From IMG/VR virus record IMGVR_UViG_3300031417_000415: a stretch of 64,000 bases of DNA, one strand, 5' to 3'. This DNA comes from a virus. Lineage: Duplodnaviria > Heunggongvirae > Uroviricota > Caudoviricetes. Position numbers and translations under genes: made by a program. A model generated the notes under the pieces. That model did no database searches. It was not told the origin of the DNA and worked only from the letters and a program-made list of their open reading frames with translations. Positions 36,652 to 45,988 of this stretch are shown in pieces (the stretch's first letter is position 1; every line of letters starts with the position of its first letter).

Positions 36652-39600
36652 TTATCCAGTGCAGCTGCAGATGACGTTCTTGGATCCCGTAGTGGACGGA
36701 TACCCGCCTCCGTAAGATCGCTGAAGACCGTAGATCGTCCCGTAGACGCCGTTCTTCGACACGTCGCACGTTCCCGGATTGGTGCTGTTCGGCGTGTTCG
36801 AGAGATACTCGGGCCCACCGGACGCAGCGCCGTTGCTGAGCGCGTAGTACACCCACGGAATGGTTGTCATCGAGGTCGGCATGCGGCTGCTGCCCCAGCT
36901 CGTCGCGGCGCCGGACGAGCCATATCCCGGACCGCCAGCGGTCCAGCTGCACGACAGCGTGCAGGCCTGCGAGATCGTCCAGGGCTGACCACGGTTGACG
37001 CACTCCTCACCCGCCACGCTGGCGCCGTCGGAACGACGGCACAGGTTCATGCCCTGCGTCTTCGTACCGTTGGTGCACGCACCGAACGCGCCGTAGAAGG
37101 CCTGATAGGTATAGTACGTGCAGGCCTGCGAACGCGTCCATGGCTGACCGCGCGCGACGCACTCGTCGCCGGCGACGCTCGCACCGTCGGAACGCTGGCA
37201 CAGGTTCATGCCCTGCGTCTGGGTGCCATTGCTCTGGCACTCGCCGAAACCACCGTAGTACGCCGTGTAGCCGCAACCGGCGACGTTCGAGTAGCCCTGC
37301 GCACCGGCAGGCTGGCCGCCGCCGCACAGCGATCCGTCGACACGGGCCCCGTCAGAACGCTGGCACCACACGTCGCGGTACTCGGTGCCGGTCGTGCAGA
37401 CCGCCTGCTGGCCCGACCAGCCGCCTGCCTGCCACGAGTAGCCGCAACCCGAGAAGTTGGCGGTCTGGACCGACTGGGAAGTCGGAATACCCCGGTTCGA
37501 GCACTCGGCGATCGCAACATCGGCACCATCCGACCGACGACAGCCAGTCGCGTACTGAGTCGCCGTGGTATTTCCCGAACAGCTACTGGCGTAGTTGTAG
37601 CCGCTCCAGCCAGATACGGAATAGCCGCACGCCGCGTAGTTGGTATAGTTCTCGGTCGTCGGCGGCTTGCCGCCTCCGCAATAGGCCTCTGCCACGCGGG
37701 CACCGTCGGACCGGACGCAGGCGACGTCGCGGCTGTACGACGCGGTGCCGCAGACAGCCTGCTGTGCAGGGTAGCCGTAGGCGACCCAGCTGTAGCCGCA
37801 GGCCGAATAGTCGGCGAAGGTCTGAGAAGCAGCTGGCCTCGCGCCGGCGTTGCAGTAGCCTTCGGCGACCGTGGCACCGTCGGAGCGCTGGCACCATACG
37901 GACCGGGCCTGGCTGACCGATCCGCAGCTCTGCGCGGTGGTGCCCCAGCCGTTGTACGCCCAGCCGTACGAGCAGGCCGAATAGTCGGTGACGCCTTCGC
38001 CATCGGGCGGCCGCGTGCCGGGATTGCAGTTGCCCGCATCCACCGTGGCGCCGTCCGAGCGGGTGCACCACACCGCACGATAGCGGGCCGAAGCGCCGCA
38101 GGCCGCGGCAGGAACGCCCCAGCCGCCGGTGCTCCAGGTATAGCCGCACCCGTCGTAGATGCCCGTGGTCTCGGAGCGCGACGGTACGGCGACGCCGCGA
38201 TCGGTGCAGTACTGGTCGCCGGCGAACACATTGTCGCCCGCGCGGTAGCAGGTCGCGGTCCGCGTCCGGGTGGCCGACGCCGAGCAGTGACTGTTGTAGT
38301 CGGTCCAGCCGCTGACCGAGAAATACCCCGGGCAGGCGTTGGTGTAGTTCGCCCCGGTCTGGGTCTCGGTCAGCAATATACCGCGCGCGGTGCACTCGCC
38401 CGCAGCGACGATCGTTCCGTCGGAGCGCTGGCACGAATAGGTACGGGTGCGATTCGCCGTGCCCGAGCAGGCGTTGTCCCACCCGCTCCACGCCGACGGG
38501 CTGACGCGCGAGTAGCCGCACTGGTCATACACGGCAGCAGTCTCGCTGTTGTTCAGCGTCGGACCAAATCCCTCACGGGTCGCATCAGGTCGGGCAGCGC
38601 ACTGCGCATTGTCAATCTTGCGATAACAGTTGCCGCCGCCGGCGTCAGACCAGTAGTTGGCAGAGCCAACGACACAGCGTTCCTCATGGCGAAAACAGCC
38701 TATGTCACGGGTACGCGTGGCATTGGTGGAGCAGTGGCTATTCCAGTCGGTGAACCCGGAAGCCGCATACCAGTACGGAGCACAGGAGCCGTAGTTGGCG
38801 ATCGTCTGAGACGTGGTCGGCTTGGCAGCGGTGCATTCCGCGTCGCCGACCGTCTGACCATCTGAACGCTGGCATGTCACCGAACGGGTCTGCACGGCCG
38901 CAGCCGAGCAGCCGCTGTCCGGGGAACCCCAGGCGCCGACGTTCCACGTGCGGGCGCACCCGGCGGTCTGATAGGACGCCTGCGAGGTATCGGGCTTGGC
39001 GGTGGCGCAGAAGCTGTCTGCCACCGTACGACCGTCGGAGCTCTGGCACGTTACGGGTCGGGTCTGGGTCGCGCTACCACACGTTGCCGACCATGCGCCG
39101 AACGACCCCACGGACCAGCCGTAGGTGCAGGTCGAATAATCGGTCGCCGCCTGCTGCGCGGCGGGACGGCTGCCGGCGGCACACGATCCGTCGGCGACCG
39201 TCTGGCCGTCAGATCGCAGACAGGTGACCGAACGGTTCTGCACGGTCGGCCCACATGCCGGAACGGGCGAGCCGAAGGCACCGGCATTCCAGGAATAGCC
39301 GCATCCGCTCGTCTCGTAGGTCGTTTTCGAGAGATCGGGCTTCGCACCCGAACAGGAGGCGTCGGCGACAGTACGGCCATCGGAGGAAAGACAGGTGACG
39401 CTGCGCGTGGAGGTCGCGCTGCCGCAGGTCGTCGACGGCGCGCTCCAGGCGGCCGGGTTCCAGGAGTAGGTGCAGGTCTGGTAGTCGGTGACGGCCTCGC
39501 TGACGGCGGGCTTCGTTCCCGCATCGCACGATCCGTCAGCGACGACGTCGCCGTTGGAGCGCACGCACTGCACGCTGCGCGACCTGGACGATGGGCCGCA

Positions 39601-40503
39601 CGCAGGCGCGACGGCGCCCCAGGCCTGCTCCTTCCAGGAATAGCTGCACTGGCCGTACTGGTCGCCGGTCTCGCTGACGGCCGGCTTGGCGCCAGCTGCG
39701 CCGCACATGGCATCAGCGACCTCGTCACCGTTAGAACGGAGGCAGACGACCTCGCGGGTACGGGTCGCTCCCGTCTGGCACGACGACGACCACGGGGTCC
39801 ACGCCTTCTCCTTCCAGGAGTAGCCGCACTGGCCGTAGCGATCCTCGGTCTGCGATGCCGCAGGCTTCTTGCCCGAAGCCGAGCACTCGGCATCCGTGAC
39901 CTTCTCGCCGTTCGACCGCTCGCACCACACGTTGCGGGTCGAGGTCGCGGCAGTCTGGCACTCGCCCGAGAACGCCGACCATACGTCGTTCTTCCACTCG
40001 TACGAGCAGGTGCGCAGGTCGCGGACCTCGCGGCTCGTATCTGGGGCAGGAGCCGGGCACTGGTCGTTGGGGACCGTCTTGCCGTCGCCGCGCAGGCAGG
40101 TCAGCTCGCGGGTCTCGACCACCTGGCCGCAGCCGGAGGCATCGGTCCACTCGCCGGGCTGCCAGGTGTAGTCGCAGCCCTGGATGTCGTAGCACGACTG
40201 GTTGTCGGCAGGACGGTTCGGGCCGCAGTTGACCTCCGGAGAACCATGCTTGCCGTTCATCATGCACTGGACGGCGCGGGTCTGCTGACCGGCGCCGCAG
40301 CTGTTCGAGCACTGGCTCCATGCATCCGGGATCCACGCGTAGGTGCGGGTCTTCGGATCGAGCGAGCGGCGCATCACGACGACGCCCGAGTCCGCCTGCG
40401 CATACGCCGCGGTGGACTGCAGCATGCCAATTGCGATGAGTGACGCTGCTGCATACGCGGCAAGACGCATAGTTCGGACTCCCGATGGATTTGGGAGAAG
40501 CAT
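36652..40503 (-). CDS. giant secreted protein (1283 aa) of about 20 tandem thrombospondin-type-1-like repeats
   Basis: signal peptide; repeated unit W..WS.TCGSATQTR.VTC..SDG.TVAD..C...KP; the long sense-strand ORF is R/A/G-rich junk. Confidence 0.55.
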   Translation of the reverse strand: MLLPNPSGVRTMRLAAYAAASLIAIGMLQSTAAYAQADSGVVVMRRSLDPKTRTYAWIPDAWSQCSNSCGAGQQTRAVQCMMNGKHGSPEVNCGPNRPADNQSCYDIQGCDYTWQPGEWTDASGCGQVVETRELTCLRGDGKTVPNDQCPAPAPDTSREVRDLRTCSYEWKNDVWSAFSGECQTAATSTRNVWCERSNGEKVTDAECSASGKKPAASQTEDRYGQCGYSWKEKAWTPWSSSCQTGATRTREVVCLRSNGDEVADAMCGAAGAKPAVSETGDQYGQCSYSWKEQAWGAVAPACGPSSRSRSVQCVRSNGDVVADGSCDAGTKPAVSEAVTDYQTCTYSWNPAAWSAPSTTCGSATSTRSVTCLSSDGRTVADASCSGAKPDLSKTTYETSGCGYSWNAGAFGSPVPACGPTVQNRSVTCLRSDGQTVADGSCAAGSRPAAQQAATDYSTCTYGWSVGSFGAWSATCGSATQTRPVTCQSSDGRTVADSFCATAKPDTSQASYQTAGCARTWNVGAWGSPDSGCSAAAVQTRSVTCQRSDGQTVGDAECTAAKPTTSQTIANYGSCAPYWYAASGFTDWNSHCSTNATRTRDIGCFRHEERCVVGSANYWSDAGGGNCYRKIDNAQCAARPDATREGFGPTLNNSETAAVYDQCGYSRVSPSAWSGWDNACSGTANRTRTYSCQRSDGTIVAAGECTARGILLTETQTGANYTNACPGYFSVSGWTDYNSHCSASATRTRTATCYRAGDNVFAGDQYCTDRGVAVPSRSETTGIYDGCGYTWSTGGWGVPAAACGASARYRAVWCTRSDGATVDAGNCNPGTRPPDGEGVTDYSACSYGWAYNGWGTTAQSCGSVSQARSVWCQRSDGATVAEGYCNAGARPAASQTFADYSACGYSWVAYGYPAQQAVCGTASYSRDVACVRSDGARVAEAYCGGGKPPTTENYTNYAACGYSVSGWSGYNYASSCSGNTTATQYATGCRRSDGADVAIAECSNRGIPTSQSVQTANFSGCGYSWQAGGWSGQQAVCTTGTEYRDVWCQRSDGARVDGSLCGGGQPAGAQGYSNVAGCGYTAYYGGFGECQSNGTQTQGMNLCQRSDGASVAGDECVARGQPWTRSQACTYYTYQAFYGAFGACTNGTKTQGMNLCRRSDGASVAGEECVNRGQPWTISQACTLSCSWTAGGPGYGSSGAATSWGSSRMPTSMTTIPWVYYALSNGAASGGPEYLSNTPNSTNPGTCDVSKNGVYGTIYGLQRSYGGGYPSTTGSKNVICSCTG

Positions 40504-40572
40504 AGAGTCAACATGCCGCTACGTCATCCGTAAAACGGCATCTCGAAGCACGAAATTGCCGAAATCGACCTG

Positions 40573-40583
40573 TTTCAGGATGA
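40573..40583 (+). promoter_or_regulatory. TTTCAGGATGA motif
   Basis: 49 nt upstream of the 40632 start. Confidence 0.3.
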
Positions 40584-40631
40584 TGGCCCGACCGCAAACG
40601 ATTGCGCAGATATCGACACAGGAGGAAAACG

Positions 40632-40937
40632 ATGCAAAGCAGGATAGAGGGATACTGGCGAGCTCCCTACGCCATGGATCTCCCCATGCCGGTCACGGAC
40701 GTCGACTGGCCCGAGAGGCTGCACTTCCTGACGCTTCTCGACGAGGCGGAGGAGGCCGCGCGCGAGCATCACACCAAGGGCATGTCGAAGTGCCGCGTGT
40801 GCGGCGAAATGAACGGCTCCGTCGAGTACGAGCTCGGCGGCTGGCGATGGCCCGAGGGGCTGCGTCACTACCTGTCCGACCACGGAGTCCGCCCGACCCA
40901 CGACTTCGAGGCCTTCATCCTGGGGCGCAGCCGCTAG
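40632..40937 (+). CDS. hypothetical protein (possible zinc-binding)
   Basis: conserved CAGGAGGAAAACG-ATG motif. Confidence 0.4.
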   Translation: MQSRIEGYWRAPYAMDLPMPVTDVDWPERLHFLTLLDEAEEAAREHHTKGMSKCRVCGEMNGSVEYELGGWRWPEGLRHYLSDHGVRPTHDFEAFILGRSR

Positions 40938-40976
40938 ACCACACCGGCGTTCCGGATACACAGGGAGAACACGAGC

Positions 40977-41252
40977 ATGCCACGCTTCTTCAGGAACCAG
41001 CCCTGCCGCGCCATCGAGATCGAGGGCACGAAGGAGGAGATGCAGCGTCACTTCGCCCTGCAGATCGAGTTCCTCGAGCGAGGAATAGACAGCCCGCGAA
41101 GCGGAGCGAGCGGACCGGTACGAGACAAGCCCGGCCGCTACTTCGTCGTCGCCTACATCGACGAGAGCGTGGCCGACGAATACGTGAGCCGCATGAAGGC
41201 CCGCACGCAGAAGGCATTCGAGGCAGGACGGCCCGCCGGTTCGAAGTCATAG
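40977..41252 (+). CDS. hypothetical protein
   Basis: ORF. Confidence 0.35.
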   Translation: MPRFFRNQPCRAIEIEGTKEEMQRHFALQIEFLERGIDSPRSGASGPVRDKPGRYFVVAYIDESVADEYVSRMKARTQKAFEAGRPAGSKS

Positions 41253-41266
41253 CGAGGAGGAAAACC

Positions 41267-41674
41267 ATGAGAATCTTCATGGACGACGACCGCAACCACC
41301 CGCTCGGCGAGGACTGGATCGTCGTCAGGACCGTCGAGGACATGCTCGATCTGGTCGATCGCCACGACGCCGATATCCGCGAGATCTCCTTCGACAACGA
41401 CCTGCGCCAGGAACTCGACGGCATCCATGGGCTGACCATGGTCCGCGAGCACATGCTCGACGATCCGACGCGGCTGCCCGCTCTCGAGCGGATCACGGTG
41501 CACAGCCTGAACGGCGAGGCCGCCAAGGCCATGCTGAGCGACCTCGTCTCGTACGTGAAGCACGGCGTGCTGCCCGACATCAAGATCAGACGCCGGCCGG
41601 CGGAGGGCACGCTCTATCCGCTCCTGACCGAGGACGACCGCGGCATCGTCGCGTACGCGCGTCCCGGCGCATGA
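41267..41674 (+). CDS. receiver(REC)-like domain protein
   Basis: conserved GAGGAGGAAAACC-ATG motif; N-terminus MRIFMDDDRNHP...WIVVRTVEDMLDLV...ISFDNDL. Confidence 0.35.
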   Translation: MRIFMDDDRNHPLGEDWIVVRTVEDMLDLVDRHDADIREISFDNDLRQELDGIHGLTMVREHMLDDPTRLPALERITVHSLNGEAAKAMLSDLVSYVKHGVLPDIKIRRRPAEGTLYPLLTEDDRGIVAYARPGA

Positions 41675-41937
41675 GCGGGATAACGCCCTCGGCCACCATC
41701 CCGATCGGCGACGTCGCGGCCATGATGGACCGCATGTGGCAGGAGATGGTCGGCTTTCCGATGGCGCGGGTCTGCATGCACTATGCCGCAGGCATCGTCA
41801 TCCAGGAAATGGAGAAGCTCGACATCGCCCCGCCGGACGACATCGTCCGCGCCGTCGTGTTCGCGCACGACGACATACCGCTCGCCTGGACGCGTCCGGC
41901 GACATCGAAACCCGCATCCGGAGACCAGACGCCATGA
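41671..41937 (+). CDS. hypothetical protein
   Basis: ATGA overlap. Confidence 0.3.
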   Translation: MSGITPSATIPIGDVAAMMDRMWQEMVGFPMARVCMHYAAGIVIQEMEKLDIAPPDDIVRAVVFAHDDIPLAWTRPATSKPASGDQTP

Positions 41938-42476
41938 CCGACATTCCGACAGTCTCCTACGACGACATCCGCTCGCGATTCGAGGCGGACGGCATCAGGA
42001 TCGGAGACGTGCACCGCTCGCACGAGCACTTCGTGGACTGGCACGCGCGCCACGACCTTCCTGACCGGGACGCCGACGGCATGGCGATCGGCATGTCGCA
42101 CATCTTCATGTCGATGTACGACGCGGCTCCGGACGGACGCGCGCAGCGCCCGCCGTACGTCAACTTCTGGCACTGGATGCTCGACGCCTACGAACACGTC
42201 GAATGGGACGAGACGCCCCAGGGCCGTCGCAAGACGGTGCCGCTGAGCCGCGGCATGCACCAGCCCAGAGCCCCACTGTCCGAAGAGGAGGCGACCGCGG
42301 CGATCGCCGCCATGCTTGGCTCTACCGTGCTTCCCAAGGACATGCGCCGGTCGATCGACGAGCACGTGCGGCAGGACCTCTCCGATCTGGTGGTACGCCA
42401 CAACGAGAGTCTCCGGATCGTCGACGTCATCCTCGACCGGTACGGGGACGAGATCCTGGTACTGATGAGCGTCTGA
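41934..42476 (+). CDS. hypothetical protein
   Basis: ATGA overlap. Confidence 0.4.
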   Translation: MTDIPTVSYDDIRSRFEADGIRIGDVHRSHEHFVDWHARHDLPDRDADGMAIGMSHIFMSMYDAAPDGRAQRPPYVNFWHWMLDAYEHVEWDETPQGRRKTVPLSRGMHQPRAPLSEEEATAAIAAMLGSTVLPKDMRRSIDEHVRQDLSDLVVRHNESLRIVDVILDRYGDEILVLMSV

Positions 42477-42529
42477 AGGGCAGACCTTCGGAAAGAACGC
42501 GACGAGACGGATTCCAGAGAGGAAAAGCG

Positions 42530-43510
42530 ATGAACGAGAAGACCACTTCGCCGGCGGCCCTGACCACCCTGCGCAGCATCACCGGCGCGCTGTACCGCCA
42601 TGGCCCGAAGGAGAGCCGGGAGTTCCTGTCGCTCGCGACGCGGCTGGAGACCGGCATCTGGGCAGGCATCAAGGACCGGGGCGTGTTCCCCGGAAAGGTC
42701 TACGGCAAGTTCTGCGGCACCGAGGTCGTGGTCGACCTCTACCTGCACCTCGTCGCCAAGGACGGCACGGTCTCCGAGCACCCTGTCCAGTGGGCCATGC
42801 GCACGACCTTCCCGCCAGTCGTCCTTCTGGGCGTGCCCGGCGACGTGGGCGAGACGCCGCAGATCGCGCCGACCGCCGAGATGTCGTGGCCGCAGTACCA
42901 GACGATCCATCGGCCGGACATCGTCGGCGTCAGCCGCTTCGGCACCTTCGTGCCGCGCGGCGAGACGAAGTTCGACCGGCCGGTCACCGGCGTCGTCGGC
43001 TCGATCTACGAGGATCCGATGATCCAGACCTACCGCTGCGGCTCCGACGACGCCCATGACGCGCGCGCTATCTGCGTCAGCGCATCGTACGACTATCCCT
43101 CCGACGCGATCGTCGGCTGCCCGGCGGTGGACGACTTCGGTCGTCTCGTCGGCGTCACGATCGGCACCGATCCCGGGCCGGAACGCGGCCATGTCGGCAT
43201 GTACGTGCCGGCAGATCTCGTCATCACCGCGATCCCGATGGCGCGTGCCGCGATCGGAGCGCTCCGTCGCGGCGACCGGCACTCGACCGGCATCGAGCGC
43301 GTGCAGTTCTGGAACAGCGACGTCATGTTCGACGAGGAGTTCGTGCCGGACCGCCGTCCGAGCCACCGCCTCGACCAGATGGTCAAGGTCGTGCTGCCAC
43401 GTCGCACCTGGGACGCGATCATCGACCAGGCCGAGGCCGGATACGGCGCAGAGGCGAGCCAGGATTCCTACGCCGAAGTCGACGCGCTGAAGACCGCCGT
43501 CGGCGAATGA
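42530..43510 (+). CDS. hypothetical protein (326 aa)
   Basis: conserved GAGAGGAAAAGCG-ATG motif. Confidence 0.4.
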   Translation: MNEKTTSPAALTTLRSITGALYRHGPKESREFLSLATRLETGIWAGIKDRGVFPGKVYGKFCGTEVVVDLYLHLVAKDGTVSEHPVQWAMRTTFPPVVLLGVPGDVGETPQIAPTAEMSWPQYQTIHRPDIVGVSRFGTFVPRGETKFDRPVTGVVGSIYEDPMIQTYRCGSDDAHDARAICVSASYDYPSDAIVGCPAVDDFGRLVGVTIGTDPGPERGHVGMYVPADLVITAIPMARAAIGALRRGDRHSTGIERVQFWNSDVMFDEEFVPDRRPSHRLDQMVKVVLPRRTWDAIIDQAEAGYGAEASQDSYAEVDALKTAVGE

Positions 43511-43959
43511 GCGACCTGACGACCGTCCCGGCGGAGGAGGGCATCCCCTCCGTCGAGGACATCGCCATCCGGATCTCGGGTGACGCCGATCCGGACGAGA
43601 TCGTCCTCCAGATGGCCCGGGCTGTACGGTCGCGCATCGTCGCGATCAGGCACCGGGAGGCCGCACGGCCATGCATCACGTGCCGCCACCGCATCTCGCC
43701 CGGGGCCACTCCCGTCTTCATCGGAGTCTGCGTCAACCCGGTCGTCGCCGAGGTATCGTACCGTCCTGACAGCGGCGACATGAAAATCAGAGGCGTGAAC
43801 TGCGTCGAGGAGCGGGGTGTACGGCCCGGATACCGGAAGCGGATACATGTCTGCGGTCCGGAGGGGCTCCTGCACGAGCCGATGGCCGTATCCTTCCTGA
43901 TGCCCCGCCTACGAGCCTATCTGCGATGGCTGAGGCTGGGGAATGACATCCAGCACTAG
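43507..43959 (+). CDS. hypothetical protein
   Basis: ATGA overlap. Confidence 0.35.
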   Translation: MSDLTTVPAEEGIPSVEDIAIRISGDADPDEIVLQMARAVRSRIVAIRHREAARPCITCRHRISPGATPVFIGVCVNPVVAEVSYRPDSGDMKIRGVNCVEERGVRPGYRKRIHVCGPEGLLHEPMAVSFLMPRLRAYLRWLRLGNDIQH

Positions 43960-44034
43960 CTCATTCCATCCTGAAAGTTCTTCACTCCCGTCGGTCCGGC
44001 GTGATACGATGCGTGGACACGAAGGGAAAAGACG

Positions 44035-44607
44035 ATGCTGATCAGTATCTCAGGCGCAAGCTGCTCGGGAAAGACCACGCTGGCACTCGAGCTGGGGCGC
44101 CTGCTGGACGCGCCGGCGCTGCATCTCGACCGCTACTTCATCGAGGACGCCGAACGTCCGCTGGTGATGGGGCACCCGAGCTTCGAGCAGCCGCACCAGT
44201 ACGACGGCAAGGCGATGCTGCACGACGCGCGTCTCGCCATGTGCGAGAACGAACTGGTGATCGCCGAGGGCTTCCTCCTCTTCTCGTACAGTTCGTTCGA
44301 GATGGAGAGCTACCGCATGATCCATCTCGACGTCCCCCACGAGGTGCTCGCCGAGCGACGTCTGGCGCGCGCCATGTCGAAGCAGTCGACCTCCGAGGTG
44401 AAGGGCGGACGCATCAAGACGGCCGACGCAGGCTGGCAGGCGCACGGCGAGGCGGAATGGCAGCGCTGGGGAGCCTTCCAGGCCGACATTCCGGGCATGC
44501 AGGTCGTGCGCAGCCGCGATCACGGCGGCACCTACCCATCGTCGTCCCAGGACATCGCCCAGGCGATCCTCGACTCGTGGTGGGGGCCAGCGCAGCAGGC
44601 TGCATAG
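44035..44607 (+). CDS. P-loop nucleoside kinase (nicotinamide riboside kinase / uridine kinase-like)
   Basis: conserved GAAGGGAAAAGACG-ATG motif; Walker A ISISGASCSGKTTLA; IHLDVPHEVLAERRLAR. Confidence 0.45.
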   Translation: MLISISGASCSGKTTLALELGRLLDAPALHLDRYFIEDAERPLVMGHPSFEQPHQYDGKAMLHDARLAMCENELVIAEGFLLFSYSSFEMESYRMIHLDVPHEVLAERRLARAMSKQSTSEVKGGRIKTADAGWQAHGEAEWQRWGAFQADIPGMQVVRSRDHGGTYPSSSQDIAQAILDSWWGPAQQAA

Positions 44608-44630
44608 GCCGCTTCGATCCGAACCGCGTC

Positions 44631-44659
44631 AGGGGTCCTTCGGGGCCCCTTTTCTTTTG
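44631..44659 (+). terminator. rho-independent terminator AGGGGTCCTTCGGGGCCCCT + TTTTCTTTT
   Basis: GC hairpin plus T-run. Confidence 0.5.
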
Positions 44660-44743
44660 TGCGGACAGCCGAACAACCGTCCATCGAAGGCGGAGGCTGC
44701 CTCACGAACGCGACACGACATGCATTCCGAAAAGGAAAACGAC

Positions 44744-45169
44744 ATGGGCCTGCATTCCACCACCGACCTCGAAGAATTCGCAGTAATGCTGAACGAGTTC
44801 GCATCGTCATGCTACGACCACAGCGTGCTGGCGACGCACTCGAACACCTCTCTGTTCGAGTGCGCCGACACCGTATCCATCCTGTCGGGCGACGTCACGA
44901 CCGCGATCACGGGGTTCGAGGCCTTCGACGAGGATATCACGGAACGAGAGGCTGTCAGACGCATCCATGCGATGCTGTCCTCGCCAGCCGGCACGTCAAC
45001 CATAATCGCCGGAGAAGCATGCATCTCCATAGGGCCGGGACGCCCGTTCGTACGGGCGACGCGACCGACACCCGATGTGCTGGTGATCGAATCCGGAGGC
45101 ATGCGGCCCTCGGTCATGATAATGATCGTCGACCGCACACCCGGTCCCGTCGACACCGAAACCGGCTGA
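44744..45169 (+). CDS. hypothetical protein
   Basis: conserved GAAAAGGAAAACGAC-ATG motif. Confidence 0.4.
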   Translation: MGLHSTTDLEEFAVMLNEFASSCYDHSVLATHSNTSLFECADTVSILSGDVTTAITGFEAFDEDITEREAVRRIHAMLSSPAGTSTIIAGEACISIGPGRPFVRATRPTPDVLVIESGGMRPSVMIMIVDRTPGPVDTETG

Positions 45170-45204
45170 CTGGATGCCTGAGCGGACCTTCCTTCGCTTT
45201 TGAT

Positions 45205-45290
45205 GCCGTACCGCATTTCGCTTCTAATGCGTGAAATACGACGCATATCGCCGTCCATGCGCCAGATATGACGCATTTCCGCCATCCCGG
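45205..45290 (+). promoter_or_regulatory. intergenic region with two or three 30 bp imperfect direct repeats, each holding an ATGCG..CGCAT inverted repeat
   Basis: AATGCGTGAAATACGACGCATATCGCC / CATGCGCCAGATATGACGCATTTCCGCC. Confidence 0.3.
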
Positions 45291-45336
45291 GCGCGCGCCC
45301 GATCTCGCTTTCCATGCATAGAACAGGGAGTCTGCC

Positions 45337-45960
45337 ATGCAGAACGCCACCATGCTCGTATACGCCTCGGGCCAGCAGTACCGATCCATCGGCGAGATCG
45401 TCGGCGGTCTCGTCTGTCTCAAGACGATGAGCGAGGAGCTCTTCGTCATCCTGCCCGGCGAGTCCGTGAGGGCACGGTCGAGCGAGGTGCGGGTATCGGA
45501 TACCGGCATCGTGGTGCAGGGCCGTGACATGATCCCCTTCGAAGGCACCAGCAGCTGGGAACGGCACCACGGCAACGCCTGCGTGAACTTCACGCTCGCC
45601 GGCGGGGACGAGGGCATCATCGCTCCGGCCGTGCGTCCGGTCGGCATGGACGTCGCAGGCGAAGTCTCGAGCTTCTTCCGCAACGCCAGCCAGGACGACG
45701 ACATCTTCCTGATGGACCTCGGCTCGTATATCGCGGATGGCGCGGAATGCCCGGGACACAAGATGGCGGTACTGCGCAGCGCGGCCGACAAGGAGGTCTA
45801 TGACGACGAGGACGTGCTGATCGTCAACGGAAACCGGATTCCGCTGGCCGACATCACCTGGGCGGAGATGGACAAGGACGGCGACGGCAACCGGCACCTG
45901 CATCTCGTCCTTGCGGACGGGCGCTACCGCCGGGTAAGCGCTGGCGACTTCAGCCGCTAG
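45337..45960 (+). CDS. hypothetical protein
   Basis: RBS GGGAG. Confidence 0.4.
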   Translation: MQNATMLVYASGQQYRSIGEIVGGLVCLKTMSEELFVILPGESVRARSSEVRVSDTGIVVQGRDMIPFEGTSSWERHHGNACVNFTLAGGDEGIIAPAVRPVGMDVAGEVSSFFRNASQDDDIFLMDLGSYIADGAECPGHKMAVLRSAADKEVYDDEDVLIVNGNRIPLADITWAEMDKDGDGNRHLHLVLADGRYRRVSAGDFSR

Positions 45961-45988
45961 AGCACGAACGAACGGACAGGAGGAAAAG

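Noticed and set aside
42530-43510. trypsin-like serine protease
   Set aside because: A GCPAVDDFGRLVGVTIG segment loosely resembles the chymotrypsin-fold substrate-binding strand, but there is no GDSGG or TAAHC motif. Kept as hypothetical.
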